A stretch of DNA of 50,324 nucleotides from a virus. Lineage: Duplodnaviria > Heunggongvirae > Uroviricota > Caudoviricetes. The notes below the pieces were generated by a model. It did no database searches, was not told the origin of the DNA, and worked only from the letters and a program-made list of their open reading frames with translations. The position numbers and the translations under genes are program-made. Position 1 is the first letter of the stretch. The number at the start of each line of letters is the position of its first letter. Of this stretch, positions 1-10,383 are shown piece after piece. The DNA lies in the IMG/VR virus record IMGVR_UViG_2681813429_000008, positions 1-50,324 of that record; one strand, 5' to 3'.

Positions 1-1158
1 ATGCTCACCGTTAAGCAGATTGAAGCAGCAAAGCCGAAAGAAAAACCATACCGCCTACTCGATGGTAATGGCCTGTACCTTTATGTCCCTGTGTCAGGGA
101 AAAAGGTATGGCAGCTTCGCTACAAGATTGACGGTAAGGAGAAAATCCTGACCGTAGGAAAATATCCGCTAATGACTTTGCAGGAGGCAAGAGATAAAGC
201 ATGGACCGCGAGGAAAGACATCTCGGTTGGCATCGATCCGGTAAAAGCGAAAAAGGCTTCGTCTAACAACAATTCCTTTAGTGCGATTTACAAGGAATGG
301 TACGAGCACAAGAAGCAAGTCTGGTCAGTAGGGTATGCGACTGAACTTGCAAAAATGTTTGATGACGACATTTTACCTATCATCGGCGGCCTTGAAATTC
401 AGGATATTGAGCCGATGCAACTGCTGGAAGTAATCCGCAGATTTGAAGATCGCGGTGCAATGGAGCGAGCCAACAAAGCCCGCAGAAGATGCGGCGAGGT
501 TTTCCGTTACGCTATTGTCACTGGTAGGGCTAAATATAACCCGGCACCTGACCTTGCTGACGCCATGAAGGGATACCGCAAGAAGAACTTCCCATTTTTA
601 CCTGCCGACCAGATCCCGGCATTCAACAAAGCACTTGCAACATTTTCAGGAAGTATCGTATCGCTCATTGCGACCAAAGTTTTACGCTACACAGCCCTAA
701 GAACAAAAGAGCTTCGTTCCATGCTATGGAAGAACGTCGATTTTGAAAACAGGATTATCACCATCGACGCCAGTGTGATGAAGGGACGCAAAATTCATGT
801 TGTCCCGATGTCAGACCAGGTGGTTGAACTTCTCACTACACTAAGCTCAATCACTAAACCAGTATCAGAGTTTGTTTTTTCCGGGCGCAACGATAAGAAG
901 AAGCCAATCTGCGAGAACGCGGTGCTACTTGTGATCAAACAAATCGGCTATGAAGGTCTGGAAAGCGGTCACGGATTCAGGCATGAATTCAGCACGATTA
1001 TGAACGAGCACGAATGGCCTGCCGACGCCATTGAAGTGCAACTGGCACATGTCAACGGCGGATCTGTACGTGGAATTTACAACCATGCTCAGTATCTCGA
1101 TAAGCGCAGAGAAATGATGCAATGGTGGGCGGACTGGCTTGATGAAAAGGTGGAGTGA
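1..1158 (+). CDS. int: Tyrosine integrase, P4 family (IntC-like)
   Basis: 385 aa ORF. N-terminal KPKEKPYRLLDGNGLYL arm-binding motif and C-terminal catalytic region (HGFRH ... Y) typical of P4-type integrases. Begins at window base 1, so the true start could lie just upstream. Confidence 0.9.
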   Translation: MLTVKQIEAAKPKEKPYRLLDGNGLYLYVPVSGKKVWQLRYKIDGKEKILTVGKYPLMTLQEARDKAWTARKDISVGIDPVKAKKASSNNNSFSAIYKEWYEHKKQVWSVGYATELAKMFDDDILPIIGGLEIQDIEPMQLLEVIRRFEDRGAMERANKARRRCGEVFRYAIVTGRAKYNPAPDLADAMKGYRKKNFPFLPADQIPAFNKALATFSGSIVSLIATKVLRYTALRTKELRSMLWKNVDFENRIITIDASVMKGRKIHVVPMSDQVVELLTTLSSITKPVSEFVFSGRNDKKKPICENAVLLVIKQIGYEGLESGHGFRHEFSTIMNEHEWPADAIEVQLAHVNGGSVRGIYNHAQYLDKRREMMQWWADWLDEKVE

Positions 1159-1174
1159 ACCATCTTAAAAATCA

Positions 1175-1225
1175 ATGAAAACATGCAAGGCCTGGCACTC
1201 AAGTTACAGGCCTTGCGCATACAAT
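1175..1225. terminator. Bidirectional intrinsic terminator between convergent int and tailspike genes
   Basis: Inverted repeat GCAAGGCCTG...CAGGCCTTGC (~1185-1216) flanked by A/T-rich runs on both sides, between the int stop (1158) and tailspike stop (1267). Confidence 0.6.
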
Positions 1226-1266
1226 TTATCAACTAATAATTTAATTTTTTAAAATATCAATTAATT

Positions 1267-3441
1267 CTATCTAATCCTGAACATTACAATTGGAGCAGAG
1301 CCAGAAGATAAAGGGCCTGACCAATGGTATCTAATTCTGAAAGAAGACTCACTTGGAGTTCCGATAATTTCTATTGGACTTAAAGTTGCACCTTCTGCAG
1401 AACCAGCAGGTTGTCTAAACCCCAACACAGCAATCTGGTTTGGTGTTGGGGCATACAGAAAATTATGCTCAATATCAACCTCGTTAGATTCGCTACCTGT
1501 TGGGTTTGGCATATTCCACTCAATATAATCGTCAGTTGATTTCCCATTTATTGAGTTTCCAACTGTTGCCATAATCGTCCACGTACACGTCCTGTTAAGG
1601 GCTGCCATTCTATCACCTAAAAACCTATTATAACCATTTGCGCCTGAAGTGATTAATCTTATATTCTCTGATGCACATGTGCCAATGCTGTTAAATCCAG
1701 TGCAATCAGAAGAAAGCCCCTTCGCAGTTATATCTACGCTGTTCGCAAAACAAATTGTTGTTGAATTTACTGCATCGCGAATAAGAGCAGAACCCGAAAA
1801 CAAATTATCACACGAACCTCTTATATTATTACCACCGCCGGATAAGTAACATAAATTTCCTTTTATCCTCTTGGATGTAAAAGTAACATTGTTATTGTCA
1901 CCAGTAACAGAAAGAAGCGAGGCTTTAATAGGGGCATTGTCACTCTGCAACTGACCGATTTGGTTTATTGTAACTACATTGTTGTTGCCTGATATAGCTA
2001 TCTGATACCCATCATCATCAATTGAAGGTGAATATCTTTGTGCTTTTATATTGATGTTAAGTGTCCAGATTGTACCGTTATCCAGAAGCATGTCGCGGAG
2101 AGGAGAAATTGAATCGCCAGTGTAGTTATCTGGCATTCTTCCGCACGCCCTGGCTTCTGCGATGGCAACAACACCATGTGCCCCGTTGGTAAACCAGTAA
2201 CCACCTAAACTATTGTCAACACACACGTGCCTCGCATTGAATCGGTTAACACCCAGCGTCTTAAATCCATAGCCATAATACACAGCATATACATGGATGT
2301 AATTTATATCGACATGTCCTGTATAAGGAGACTGATTATCAAGAACAATTCCATGACATGGTTCTCCGGGATAAAGAAGGCTTTGTTGGCTTGTTGCTGT
2401 TAATCTTGCGCTGTAAGGAGGAAGTCCACACAGGCCAAAAACAATATAATCTAGGTTAATATCACCTGGCCCCCTGAACACAACCCCCTCTCTCCCTGAA
2501 ATTCTTCCCGTTATCCTCACTTCAGAGGCGTGTTCCTGATTATCATGAAATGATCCATACCCCTCTGAATAGAGAGCATGTTCTGCAACATTATTAATCT
2601 CAACGTCAATGTGGTACATGCTGCCGAATATTTTAATGGCAGTTCCATAATCATTGTTAACAGTGTCGCAAGTTCTCCATGAGTTTGTATCTCTTTGCAA
2701 GTCAAGATAATTACCATCAATGGTCATATCTTTTATGCTAAATCCATATGGCGCATCAGACAGATTTTCCACAACGCCAAAGCCATGTGTTTTAAATACA
2801 TCTGTATTACTACCTTTTTTAACATACAGAAATGTTGCTCTCTTTCCAGAGCCTTTATGATGAACGCCTGTATAAAGAATGATAGGAGAATCTATTAAAT
2901 AAACACCTGGAGGGTAAAATATTTCCCCGCCACCATTATTAAAAGCAGCTAATGCTGCGGCATTAATGGCATCAGAATCTGATGTCAATCCATCTGCTTT
3001 AGCTCCATAGTATTGAGGTGTTTTCCTGATTGCATCGTAAACCGTTGAAGCGCCGAAACCGATATATTTACTACCATCTGTACCGCCAATAAGTAATTTA
3101 AACTGATCCGGGTCGTACTTCAACACATTAGGAAAATTGAACTGCTGCGCCCCATATGCATCATAAACAGCCATAGAATGGCCTTGCACAGTTACGAACT
3201 TGGCAATCTGTCCGTTATATACCGGGTAACCAGCAGCGTTAATGATGATTGGTTGAGAAACAGGAACGTGAGAGCCGTCTTCGTTCTCCACATAAACCTG
3301 AATCTGGTTTTCTGGATTTACTGGGTCAGTGTCAATTTTACCGATATAAATTTTGCCATTAGCTACGGCTTTAAAAGAGCGGGCCATAGTAAAGAGTTGC
3401 GAAGGCATGCTCACTACAACATTGGCTGTAATGTCTGTCAT
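1267..3441 (-). CDS. Tailspike protein (P22-like N-terminal head-binding domain, divergent receptor-binding beta-helix domain)
   Basis: 724 aa. First ~110 aa ([11 protein letters not shown]...[13 protein letters not shown]...TVQGHSMA) closely resemble the P22 gp9 head-binding domain. The remainder is unrelated to the P22 endorhamnosidase domain. Confidence 0.85.
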   Translation of the reverse strand: MTDITANVVVSMPSQLFTMARSFKAVANGKIYIGKIDTDPVNPENQIQVYVENEDGSHVPVSQPIIINAAGYPVYNGQIAKFVTVQGHSMAVYDAYGAQQFNFPNVLKYDPDQFKLLIGGTDGSKYIGFGASTVYDAIRKTPQYYGAKADGLTSDSDAINAAALAAFNNGGGEIFYPPGVYLIDSPIILYTGVHHKGSGKRATFLYVKKGSNTDVFKTHGFGVVENLSDAPYGFSIKDMTIDGNYLDLQRDTNSWRTCDTVNNDYGTAIKIFGSMYHIDVEINNVAEHALYSEGYGSFHDNQEHASEVRITGRISGREGVVFRGPGDINLDYIVFGLCGLPPYSARLTATSQQSLLYPGEPCHGIVLDNQSPYTGHVDINYIHVYAVYYGYGFKTLGVNRFNARHVCVDNSLGGYWFTNGAHGVVAIAEARACGRMPDNYTGDSISPLRDMLLDNGTIWTLNINIKAQRYSPSIDDDGYQIAISGNNNVVTINQIGQLQSDNAPIKASLLSVTGDNNNVTFTSKRIKGNLCYLSGGGNNIRGSCDNLFSGSALIRDAVNSTTICFANSVDITAKGLSSDCTGFNSIGTCASENIRLITSGANGYNRFLGDRMAALNRTCTWTIMATVGNSINGKSTDDYIEWNMPNPTGSESNEVDIEHNFLYAPTPNQIAVLGFRQPAGSAEGATLSPIEIIGTPSESSFRIRYHWSGPLSSGSAPIVMFRIR

Positions 3442-3499
3442 TTAATTTGCTCCAGATACAAGGAATGGCCGCAGCGATTCATTATTAATCAAAAAATAC

Positions 3500-3512
3500 G
3501 ACCACCGTGGTC
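3500..3512. promoter_or_regulatory. Mnt operator-like palindrome (GACCACCGTGGTC)
   Basis: Near-perfect palindrome resembling the P22 mnt operator core (CCACGGTGG) as recalled, in the 135 bp between the tailspike start and the mnt start. Confidence 0.45.
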
Positions 3513-3576
3513 TTATTGAGGATGCAACCAGCAGATAATAAGATGCCGATCCACTCACAAGAGCGAGGCATCAAGA

Positions 3577-3828
3577 ATGGGAAGAGATGACCCGCAATTT
3601 AATCTGCGGCTACCTTACGAATTAAAGGAAAAACTAAAACAGCGAGCCAAATCCAATGGCCGCTCTCTTAATTCAGAATTAGTTCAGATAGTGACTGATG
3701 CTGTATCAAGGCCATCCAAAATTTCAGGCTATCGAGACGATGCGGAACGCATCGCTGATGAGCAATCAGAGCTTGTTAAGAAGATGGTGTTTGATACGCT
3801 GAAGGATTTGTACAAAAAACCCACCTGA
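3577..3828 (+). CDS. mnt: Mnt repressor (ribbon-helix-helix, Arc/Mnt family)
   Basis: 83 aa. MGRDDPQFNLRLPYELKEKLKQRAKSNGRSLNSELVQIV... closely matches P22 Mnt including the C-terminal ...DEQSELVKKMVFDTLKDLYKK. Confidence 0.9.
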   Translation: MGRDDPQFNLRLPYELKEKLKQRAKSNGRSLNSELVQIVTDAVSRPSKISGYRDDAERIADEQSELVKKMVFDTLKDLYKKPT

Positions 3829-3846
3829 AGGTGGGTCCTATTTATT
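3814..3846. terminator. Bidirectional intrinsic terminator (CCCACC-TGAA-GGTGGG)
   Basis: Perfect 6-bp stem with 4-nt loop, A-run upstream and T-run downstream. Lies between convergent mnt and the minus-strand lipoprotein gene; the mnt stop codon sits in the loop. Confidence 0.7.
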
Positions 3847-4264
3847 AGTCTTGCTTTGTTGATGGTATAAGAGATGCGTTTGCCTCTTTTGGCTTCAAGG
3901 TATACATCCCACCATTAAATGGATCTACAGCAAGCCAACCAATTAACCCACCAAACACAAGGTTCCCACCAATATACCAACCATTAGCATTGGCTTTGAT
4001 TGGCAGGGTAACTGGTTCGTACCCATCCTTCTCCATAGTGATCTGGTAGCTCTTTTTGCCAAAATAACTACCATCTGACTTGGCAAGAGTTACTCCTTGC
4101 GGGGTCTTACCTTGCGCAACAATCACGCCTGATTCGTCTTTTACCTTAAAGCTCGCACCGGAAGGATTGCTGTTCACTTGCACAAGCTGTGTTTCGTCAC
4201 CAACAATAGTTGCGCACCCAGATAACAATATAGCGCCAGCAACGACGCCGATAATCCTCTTCAT
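3845..4264 (-). CDS. Lipoprotein, PEGA-like domain (moron)
   Basis: 139 aa. Signal peptide with lipobox LLSGC. NPSGASFKV motif resembles a PEGA domain. Sits at the sieA/immI position of P22-like genomes. Confidence 0.7.
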   Translation of the reverse strand: MKRIIGVVAGAILLSGCATIVGDETQLVQVNSNPSGASFKVKDESGVIVAQGKTPQGVTLAKSDGSYFGKKSYQITMEKDGYEPVTLPIKANANGWYIGGNLVFGGLIGWLAVDPFNGGMYTLKPKEANASLIPSTKQD

Positions 4265-4398
4265 ATTACTTTCCGTTTTGTTAGAATCAGAAAGATCTTA
4301 ATAATAAAAAGTATTTTCGTGAAGATATTGTCGATTGAGTTAATAACTCATTTACACCCAACAGTGCCATGATGGCAAAGATAAGGAGAGTTATTCAT

Positions 4399-4884
4399 AT
4401 GAAAAAATCACTGTTAATTATCCCGCTTCTGCTGGCAGGGTGTGCAAAGGTTAGCGACTATCAGGCAAGTTGCGAACAACGCTATCCAAAGCTTAGCGAT
4501 ATGGCTAATTGCCTTGATGCCAGTGTGAAGAACGACTCACGCATGGCATCAGCACCAACACCTAAGCTGTATGTCCTTGCTGCAAAGATGCTCGGGCAAA
4601 GTGTCGATGAAGGCAAGATAAGTGACGCACAGGCAAGACTTGAGCTTCAGAATCTTTATGTTCAATTACAAAGCCAAGAACAAGCCCAACAAATAGCGCA
4701 AAGCCAAGCATTCCAGCAGGCTTTATTGAATTATCAGGCTGTAAACACAATGCAAGCGATCGAGCAAAAAGCGAGACAGCCTGTTATAACTCAACCCTAT
4801 CCAACACGCGTTGACACTTACACAAACTGCAATTCAGGGTTTGGAAATACAGTCACATGCAACAGTAGCAGTAACATCAGATAA
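4399..4884 (+). CDS. Lipoprotein, Gln-rich (moron)
   Basis: Start chosen at MKKSLLIIPLLLAGC (lipobox LLAGC) preceded by AAGGAGAG. Q-rich central region. Oriented opposite to the late operon. Confidence 0.7.
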   Translation: MKKSLLIIPLLLAGCAKVSDYQASCEQRYPKLSDMANCLDASVKNDSRMASAPTPKLYVLAAKMLGQSVDEGKISDAQARLELQNLYVQLQSQEQAQQIAQSQAFQQALLNYQAVNTMQAIEQKARQPVITQPYPTRVDTYTNCNSGFGNTVTCNSSSNIR

Positions 4885-4974
4885 CAATCAGCAAAGGTAT
4901 CGCCTATGCAGAGGGATACGATAAACCTCGCGTTCTACATATTTGGTTTTTGCACTTTCCTGGTGTTTGCAAAG

Positions 4975-6972
4975 CTATTCTGACAACGCATCAGACTTAG
5001 CCCCCTGCGTCAGAGCGTTAATTGCCTTTTGTGCCTGCTGCATGGCTTTCTCAAACGCTGTTGATCCGCGTGGGGTGTTTGCCATTCGGAGCATTGCATT
5101 TCTGAATGGTTCGCTCTCATAGGCGCGAGTAAGAAGTCCGTAGCTTACTGCTGCGCCAGTTGTCGCCGGATTCATTGCCGTCCCATACCCAATAATGAAC
5201 GGGATAGTTTGCTGCCCTGTGGGTGTTGTTACTGCCGCTTTTGCAGCCTGCTGCGTGGATTGCAGATAGTTTTTTAATCCTTTCAGATAAGCAGCGTCCT
5301 GCCCCTTAAATGTGATGCCAGTCTGGTTTTGCAGGATGTTAAGCTGCCGAAGGAACTGGTCAGGGGATCCGCCAGATTTCTCCATCGCCTTTCCAATGAT
5401 GCCATTGCGCATTTGCGCCCTGCCAACACGACCAACTGAGTTATACAGCGTCTTAATTTCCGATTTGTTCTTGCTGAATAGCATGTTGTTGACAACTTCC
5501 GGCGTCAGGTCGCCTTTCATGAGAACATTCTTCAGCCTGGTATTCTTTAGTTTCGCCGCTTCGTCAGCGTAGACGGCATTGGCCTGCTGATATTTACGGA
5601 GAGTATCGTTGCCAAGATTCTGACCAATGGCACCATTGATATCGTCAGTCATTGCCTTGTAAACGCGCTGAATGGCAGCATCGGAACGGTTTGGTAACAC
5701 TGGGCGCTCACCCTTCACGTCCATTCTGAACTGGCTGCGCAGGTCGCTTAATTGCTTCAAATCCAGATTTACCGGACCATCAGGACCAGCATTGCGAACA
5801 AGCTCATCACGATATGACTGAAGTTTTGAAATTGTCTCGTTATCAGCTACCTTACCAAGCTTCTGCAGATTAGATATCTCAGTATCAATCTGCTGAATTG
5901 CTCGCGCAGGCTGAATGTTTACTCCAGCCATAGCATTCTGAACCTGCTCCAGTCGATTACCGGCGGCACGACGAATTCCTGATGTTTTCGCTTTAAGGCT
6001 GTCAATAACAACCGCTGGATCATACTCACCAAATTTATCAGCAAATCTCTGCACCAACTGGCTTCTCGCTTCCTGTTGCGTTGCTCTCATTCCGCTTGTG
6101 CCAGCCAGAGGGATATTTTCTGCTGTAGTCTGCGCCATTTTTCCGACGCGGGAAGTTGGTTGTAACAGGTCTGTGGTGTGCAGAGGAACTCCTTCACGCT
6201 CTGCAAATCTGATAGCCTGCTGCGCTTCTGGCGCAATAGAACCACGAACGCCACGATAAGCAGCACCTAATCCACGTCCGGCAGCGTTAATAGCACCGCC
6301 AGCCAGCACACCAACACCTAAATCGGTGGCGAGTGCTTCCGCATCATCTTTCGCACTATTTGCAGCAAGTGATCCAACTGCGTTTTCTGCGAGAAGGCGA
6401 GTTGCCCCCTGAGCAATTCGACCAGCAAGTGTTGGTGCCTGTGTTGCCGCTCTCTCAACGCCAGCAGGAGTGAGGTAAGGCAATGCTTCAGCAAACACCC
6501 TGCCCTCTGTCGTTTGTGGAGTCAGCGCGCCTTGCTGAAGGCCAAAGTCATGCTCTAATCCCTGCGTTGTTACTCGTGGCGCTGGTTGATATGTACCATC
6601 GCCAATGCCGAGTTTACCGCCAGCCCATGCAGCCGCACTTGTTACAGCATCGGCAACTGATGCAGGTATGTTTGCCACGTTCACGCCAGCCTGCACCAGT
6701 CCGCGACCAGTCTCTTTTACTGCTTCGCCAAGATCAGACATAAGTCCACTTTGCTGTGGTTGTTGCTGTGCTACTGGTTGCTGTGTCTCCACTTGCTGCA
6801 CAGATGGCAATGGATAGGCAGCATAGAAAGCTTGCTTAGCCTGCTCTGCATTTTCTCCGGCTTGCGGGGCCACGACTTCATTGAAGTATTGCTCCTGAGC
6901 CTGCGCTTTTTGTTCTGGTGCTAACGCCTGGTACTGTGGAGAGGCGATAACATCTTTCCATGCTTTAGCCAT
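4975..6972 (-). CDS. Ejection (injection) protein, P22 gp16-like
   Basis: 665 aa. Position and size match P22 gene 16. Last gene of the gp7-gp20-gp16 ejection protein block. Confidence 0.7.
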   Translation of the reverse strand: MAKAWKDVIASPQYQALAPEQKAQAQEQYFNEVVAPQAGENAEQAKQAFYAAYPLPSVQQVETQQPVAQQQPQQSGLMSDLGEAVKETGRGLVQAGVNVANIPASVADAVTSAAAWAGGKLGIGDGTYQPAPRVTTQGLEHDFGLQQGALTPQTTEGRVFAEALPYLTPAGVERAATQAPTLAGRIAQGATRLLAENAVGSLAANSAKDDAEALATDLGVGVLAGGAINAAGRGLGAAYRGVRGSIAPEAQQAIRFAEREGVPLHTTDLLQPTSRVGKMAQTTAENIPLAGTSGMRATQQEARSQLVQRFADKFGEYDPAVVIDSLKAKTSGIRRAAGNRLEQVQNAMAGVNIQPARAIQQIDTEISNLQKLGKVADNETISKLQSYRDELVRNAGPDGPVNLDLKQLSDLRSQFRMDVKGERPVLPNRSDAAIQRVYKAMTDDINGAIGQNLGNDTLRKYQQANAVYADEAAKLKNTRLKNVLMKGDLTPEVVNNMLFSKNKSEIKTLYNSVGRVGRAQMRNGIIGKAMEKSGGSPDQFLRQLNILQNQTGITFKGQDAAYLKGLKNYLQSTQQAAKAAVTTPTGQQTIPFIIGYGTAMNPATTGAAVSYGLLTRAYESEPFRNAMLRMANTPRGSTAFEKAMQQAQKAINALTQGAKSDALSE

Positions 6973-8267
6973 TAATCACCCCATAGTGAAGAAAAGTTAC
7001 TGCCAGTAGTAGATTGTTGCCCTGGAATATTCTGCACCGGCTCCTGATAATCAAACTGTTTTTTAACAGTGCTCAACTTGCTTTCAAGCTGATTTCTAAT
7101 CTTTCCGATAGAGTCACGAAAAGCCTTTTCACTCATTTTGGGGCTTAGGGCACCAACCGCATCGGATAATTTTTTACCCTCAGCATCTGAAAGAGCGCCC
7201 ATACCCTTCAGGGACTGCACCATAGGAAGGAATGTTTGAGCTTTAAAGGTGTCGAGCCTTGCTTCAAAGTTAGCCGCATCAGAGCCAGGAACTGTCGGAA
7301 ACGCTGAGCGAATTCCTACTGCTTTTGAAAGGCCGGGGCTTTGCTCTATCTCGTTGAGAGAATCAAGCGCGGTGCTGAACGTATCAACTGCACCCTGAGC
7401 AGCGGCCTGCCTGTCAGCGCGGGCTATGTCAGCCTTTTGCCGAACATCTGCCTGTTTCTGTTTTAGCTCTTCAAGCTTTAACTGATTGCTTTCTCTGGCT
7501 ATTTGTCTGTCCAGAGCCTTTTCTTGTAATTCTGCTCTTTGTATTTCGCGGGAAAGAGCAGCATTCTGTGCGCTGATGTTCTGTCCACGTATCTGGATGT
7601 CCTGACCTCGAGCTGTTAGTGCTTCTCCGGCCTGATTGCTGCGGATTGTCTCTGCCAGTCTGCCTCGGTCAATTTCACGACCAGCCATCTTGTCCTGAAC
7701 ATTGAAGTAATCAATCGGACCAAGCGCAGCCATCCCAAGGTGATCAACAAACTCACCAAATCCTGAAGGATTCTGCTGATACATCTGAGCAACGCTGTTA
7801 GGGTCAACACCGACGCGAGTCAGTTCCTTGGCGTTGTTTTGCAGCCATGATTGCATTGCTTCTGGAGACGATGACGCAAGGCGTGCGCCAGCCGCTAAGG
7901 TGCCGATAGAATTACGCTGGTCTTCATCAATGAATCCCATGCCTTTACGAACGGATTCAATCTGGTCTGGATATTGAGTAGCCAACTGACGCAAAGCACC
8001 GCGATCACCAGACGCATAAGCATTAGCGTACGCCTGCTGGAATTCTTTCTTCCGCTGAGCCTGCTTCTCCTGCTGAAACACCCCCGCAATACCTGAAATG
8101 CCTTGCAAAGCAGTCAGCCCAACATTGTTAGCGCCTGAACGCTCAATATCATTGTTCTGCCTGATAAGCTGAAGCGTATTGCCGATGTCATTTACGCTCG
8201 GAGCGTTTGAGTTGACGCCGCCGATACCAGCCAACAATCCGCCATTTGATCCTTGCCAAGTAGCCAT
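6972..8267 (-). CDS. Ejection protein, P22 gp20-like
   Basis: 431 aa. Synteny with P22 gene 20, coiled-coil central region. Confidence 0.7.
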   Translation of the reverse strand: MATWQGSNGGLLAGIGGVNSNAPSVNDIGNTLQLIRQNNDIERSGANNVGLTALQGISGIAGVFQQEKQAQRKKEFQQAYANAYASGDRGALRQLATQYPDQIESVRKGMGFIDEDQRNSIGTLAAGARLASSSPEAMQSWLQNNAKELTRVGVDPNSVAQMYQQNPSGFGEFVDHLGMAALGPIDYFNVQDKMAGREIDRGRLAETIRSNQAGEALTARGQDIQIRGQNISAQNAALSREIQRAELQEKALDRQIARESNQLKLEELKQKQADVRQKADIARADRQAAAQGAVDTFSTALDSLNEIEQSPGLSKAVGIRSAFPTVPGSDAANFEARLDTFKAQTFLPMVQSLKGMGALSDAEGKKLSDAVGALSPKMSEKAFRDSIGKIRNQLESKLSTVKKQFDYQEPVQNIPGQQSTTGSNFSSLWGD

Positions 8268-8276
8268 GATTACCCC

Positions 8277-8972
8277 TTAAAACAACGATCCAAGCAGGCC
8301 AAGTCCGCCGCCAATTGCCGCACCTAATCCAGTACCAAGTCCTGGAACAATAGAGCCAAGAGCAGCGCCAGTCATAGCTCCTGAAGCTCCGCCACTAATT
8401 GCTGTCTGAAGGCCTGATGGTTTGTTGGCGTTAGCAGCGGCAAGAGTTGCGCTTTGCTGCGCAATGCTGCTCATGTTGTTGGCGTATGTCTGCCCGGCGT
8501 TCGCCTGACCTTGCAGCGCACCAAGGCCAATGTTTGCCAGATTGTTGTAGTTGCTCATCTGGTTCGACAACCACGACTGACCGAGAGTCGGGGCAATCGT
8601 GGCCAGTTGATTGCTTGTGGCTGTCGAGCCAAGTCCTCCCGTCGCCTCCGCAGCAGCAAGACTCTGGTAACGCGCCTGACCTGCAAGGTCTTTATACTGC
8701 TGAGAGTTGTAATACTGATTAAGTGCCTGCCCCTGTCCTTCTAAACTGGAAAGATTCTGAAGCTGGTTAACATACTGCTCCGCAAGCGGCGTGAACGGAG
8801 CAAGGTTTTTCATGATCGTCTGCCACTGTTGATTTTGCAGGTCTGCGGCATACTTCTGAGCTTCTGCGGCATACTTTGCACTTTTATCAGAACTGCCACC
8901 TTTCCCGCCTTTTTCAGGGCAATAAGGTTCCTCGCCGCGCAGTTTTCTGCCCAGCTTAAATGCATATAACAT
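8277..8972 (-). CDS. Ejection protein, P22 gp7-like
   Basis: 231 aa. N-terminus MLYAFKLGRKLRGEEPYCPEKGGKGG resembles P22 gp7. Gly/Ala-rich C-terminus. Confidence 0.75.
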   Translation of the reverse strand: MLYAFKLGRKLRGEEPYCPEKGGKGGSSDKSAKYAAEAQKYAADLQNQQWQTIMKNLAPFTPLAEQYVNQLQNLSSLEGQGQALNQYYNSQQYKDLAGQARYQSLAAAEATGGLGSTATSNQLATIAPTLGQSWLSNQMSNYNNLANIGLGALQGQANAGQTYANNMSSIAQQSATLAAANANKPSGLQTAISGGASGAMTGAALGSIVPGLGTGLGAAIGGGLGLLGSLF

Positions 8973-8974
8973 GG

Positions 8975-9433
8975 CTATCTCCCGTGATTCAGGAAGTCGA
9001 TTAGTTCTTCGCGTGTTGCGCTGTAAAAAGTCACGTCATCCACGCCTTTGAAGTATTTCTTGATGGTTCCTACACGCTTAAGGCCAATCATTGCGCAGTA
9101 CATCTGACCGTGGCGGAATTTGCGTGCAGCAAATGATGTGACGCACTGAACGGTGGTGTTGGTCAAAATGTATCGCCAGAACGCCAGCCCGATTTCCTTG
9201 CTGAATCCACGAACCTCTGGCAGGTACATGGCGTGGCAATCGAATGTAAGCGGCTGAATCTCCTGATAGTAAACAATGCCGCCAAACTGACCGTGCACGT
9301 TAACCTCAAAGTAACGGCATTCAGGCTTGTAGTCGTATCCATCACCGTTGTTGCTCCCGGCAATAATGTCATGGTGATTTCCGACTGCTTCGATCAGGTC
9401 GATGTTTCGCGTTGGTTTGAACTGAATCATCAC
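8975..9433 (-). CDS. P22 gp14-like ejection-protein assembly factor
   Basis: 152 aa, at the gene 14 position between tail needle and gp7. Confidence 0.6.
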   Translation of the reverse strand: MMIQFKPTRNIDLIEAVGNHHDIIAGSNNGDGYDYKPECRYFEVNVHGQFGGIVYYQEIQPLTFDCHAMYLPEVRGFSKEIGLAFWRYILTNTTVQCVTSFAARKFRHGQMYCAMIGLKRVGTIKKYFKGVDDVTFYSATREELIDFLNHGR

Positions 9434-10383
9434 TGCTCCGCGATTATCTTGATGGTTGTGGCAGTAAACGCCGCCCCATTTGACTGGATGGTTAACGTAC
9501 TGCCATTTGTGGCAAGAAAGCCGTCTTTATCCACGCTGAAGAACGTAGCTAACAGGATGTTATCGGTTGTTGTCGCCGAGTTGCGACTGCTTACCAGTGT
9601 GTCAGGAACAGATCCGGAAAAGGTTAGCTGCATTGACCTGTTTGCGGTTCCGCTGGGCCACGTCCCGACAATCGACAGCTTGAAGAACAGGGTTTTGTTC
9701 TCGTTGAAAACAACCATCTTGTTGTTATCAGTATCGAAGAATGGTGCCAACGTCCCGGATGACGGCGTGAGCGTTTTCAGCAGGCTAACAAGGTTGGTCG
9801 GCGCTGTTGGAATGGTTACCGATACTCCTGAGTAAACAACCTCTGATTTCTTGCGCGTGGTGGCATACTCAAGCGCAGATATTCTTGTTGAGTGATCACC
9901 AACTGTGCTTTGTAGCGTCGAAATACTTCCCTCTGCCGCTGTGAGCCTGGTATCAAGTGCGTCGATATCGGTTGTATTCTGAGTTATGCGCGCATCATGT
10001 TTTGCTAACTCAGATTCATTGGCAGCAATTCTCGTCTCGTGATCAGCCAGCTCTGTTTCAGCAGCCGTAATCCTTGTTTCATGATCTGCAAGAGTGCTTT
10101 CCGCTGCTGCAATTCTATGTTCATGATTGATGAGAGTTGCTTCAGCAGCTTCAATTCTGGATTCATGGTCTGCAAGGGTGACATCCTGCTCATCGTTCCT
10201 GACCTGTGCATCATAAGCGCCCTGCCCTGCTTCGTTGGCCTTGTTCGCCACGTTACCAACATCAGTACCCTGTGCGATAACGTACAGCAGATATGACTGC
10301 GAGAAGATATTGCGTGGAAGAACTGATGTATCGAGCCGCGTAGCCTGGACGATTACCGGCACATTGAGATTCGAATCCGCCAT
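9430..10383 (-). CDS. Tail needle protein (P22 gp26-like) with extended C-terminal domain
   Basis: Start set at internal [18 protein letters not shown]..., matching the P22 gp26 N-terminus. Heptad repeats (ADHE.RI.AAE) form the trimeric coiled coil. About 85 aa longer than P22 gp26. Confidence 0.8.
   Translation of the reverse strand: MADSNLNVPVIVQATRLDTSVLPRNIFSQSYLLYVIAQGTDVGNVANKANEAGQGAYDAQVRNDEQDVTLADHESRIEAAEATLINHEHRIAAAESTLADHETRITAAETELADHETRIAANESELAKHDARITQNTTDIDALDTRLTAAEGSISTLQSTVGDHSTRISALEYATTRKKSEVVYSGVSVTIPTAPTNLVSLLKTLTPSSGTLAPFFDTDNNKMVVFNENKTLFFKLSIVGTWPSGTANRSMQLTFSGSVPDTLVSSRNSATTTDNILLATFFSVDKDGFLATNGSTLTIQSNGAAFTATTIKIIAEQ

Noticed and set aside
1649-3519. Several plus-strand ORFs of 60-113 aa inside the tailspike gene
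   Set aside because: Antisense to a confident 724 aa gene, AT-rich with no ribosome-binding sites; typical shadow ORFs.
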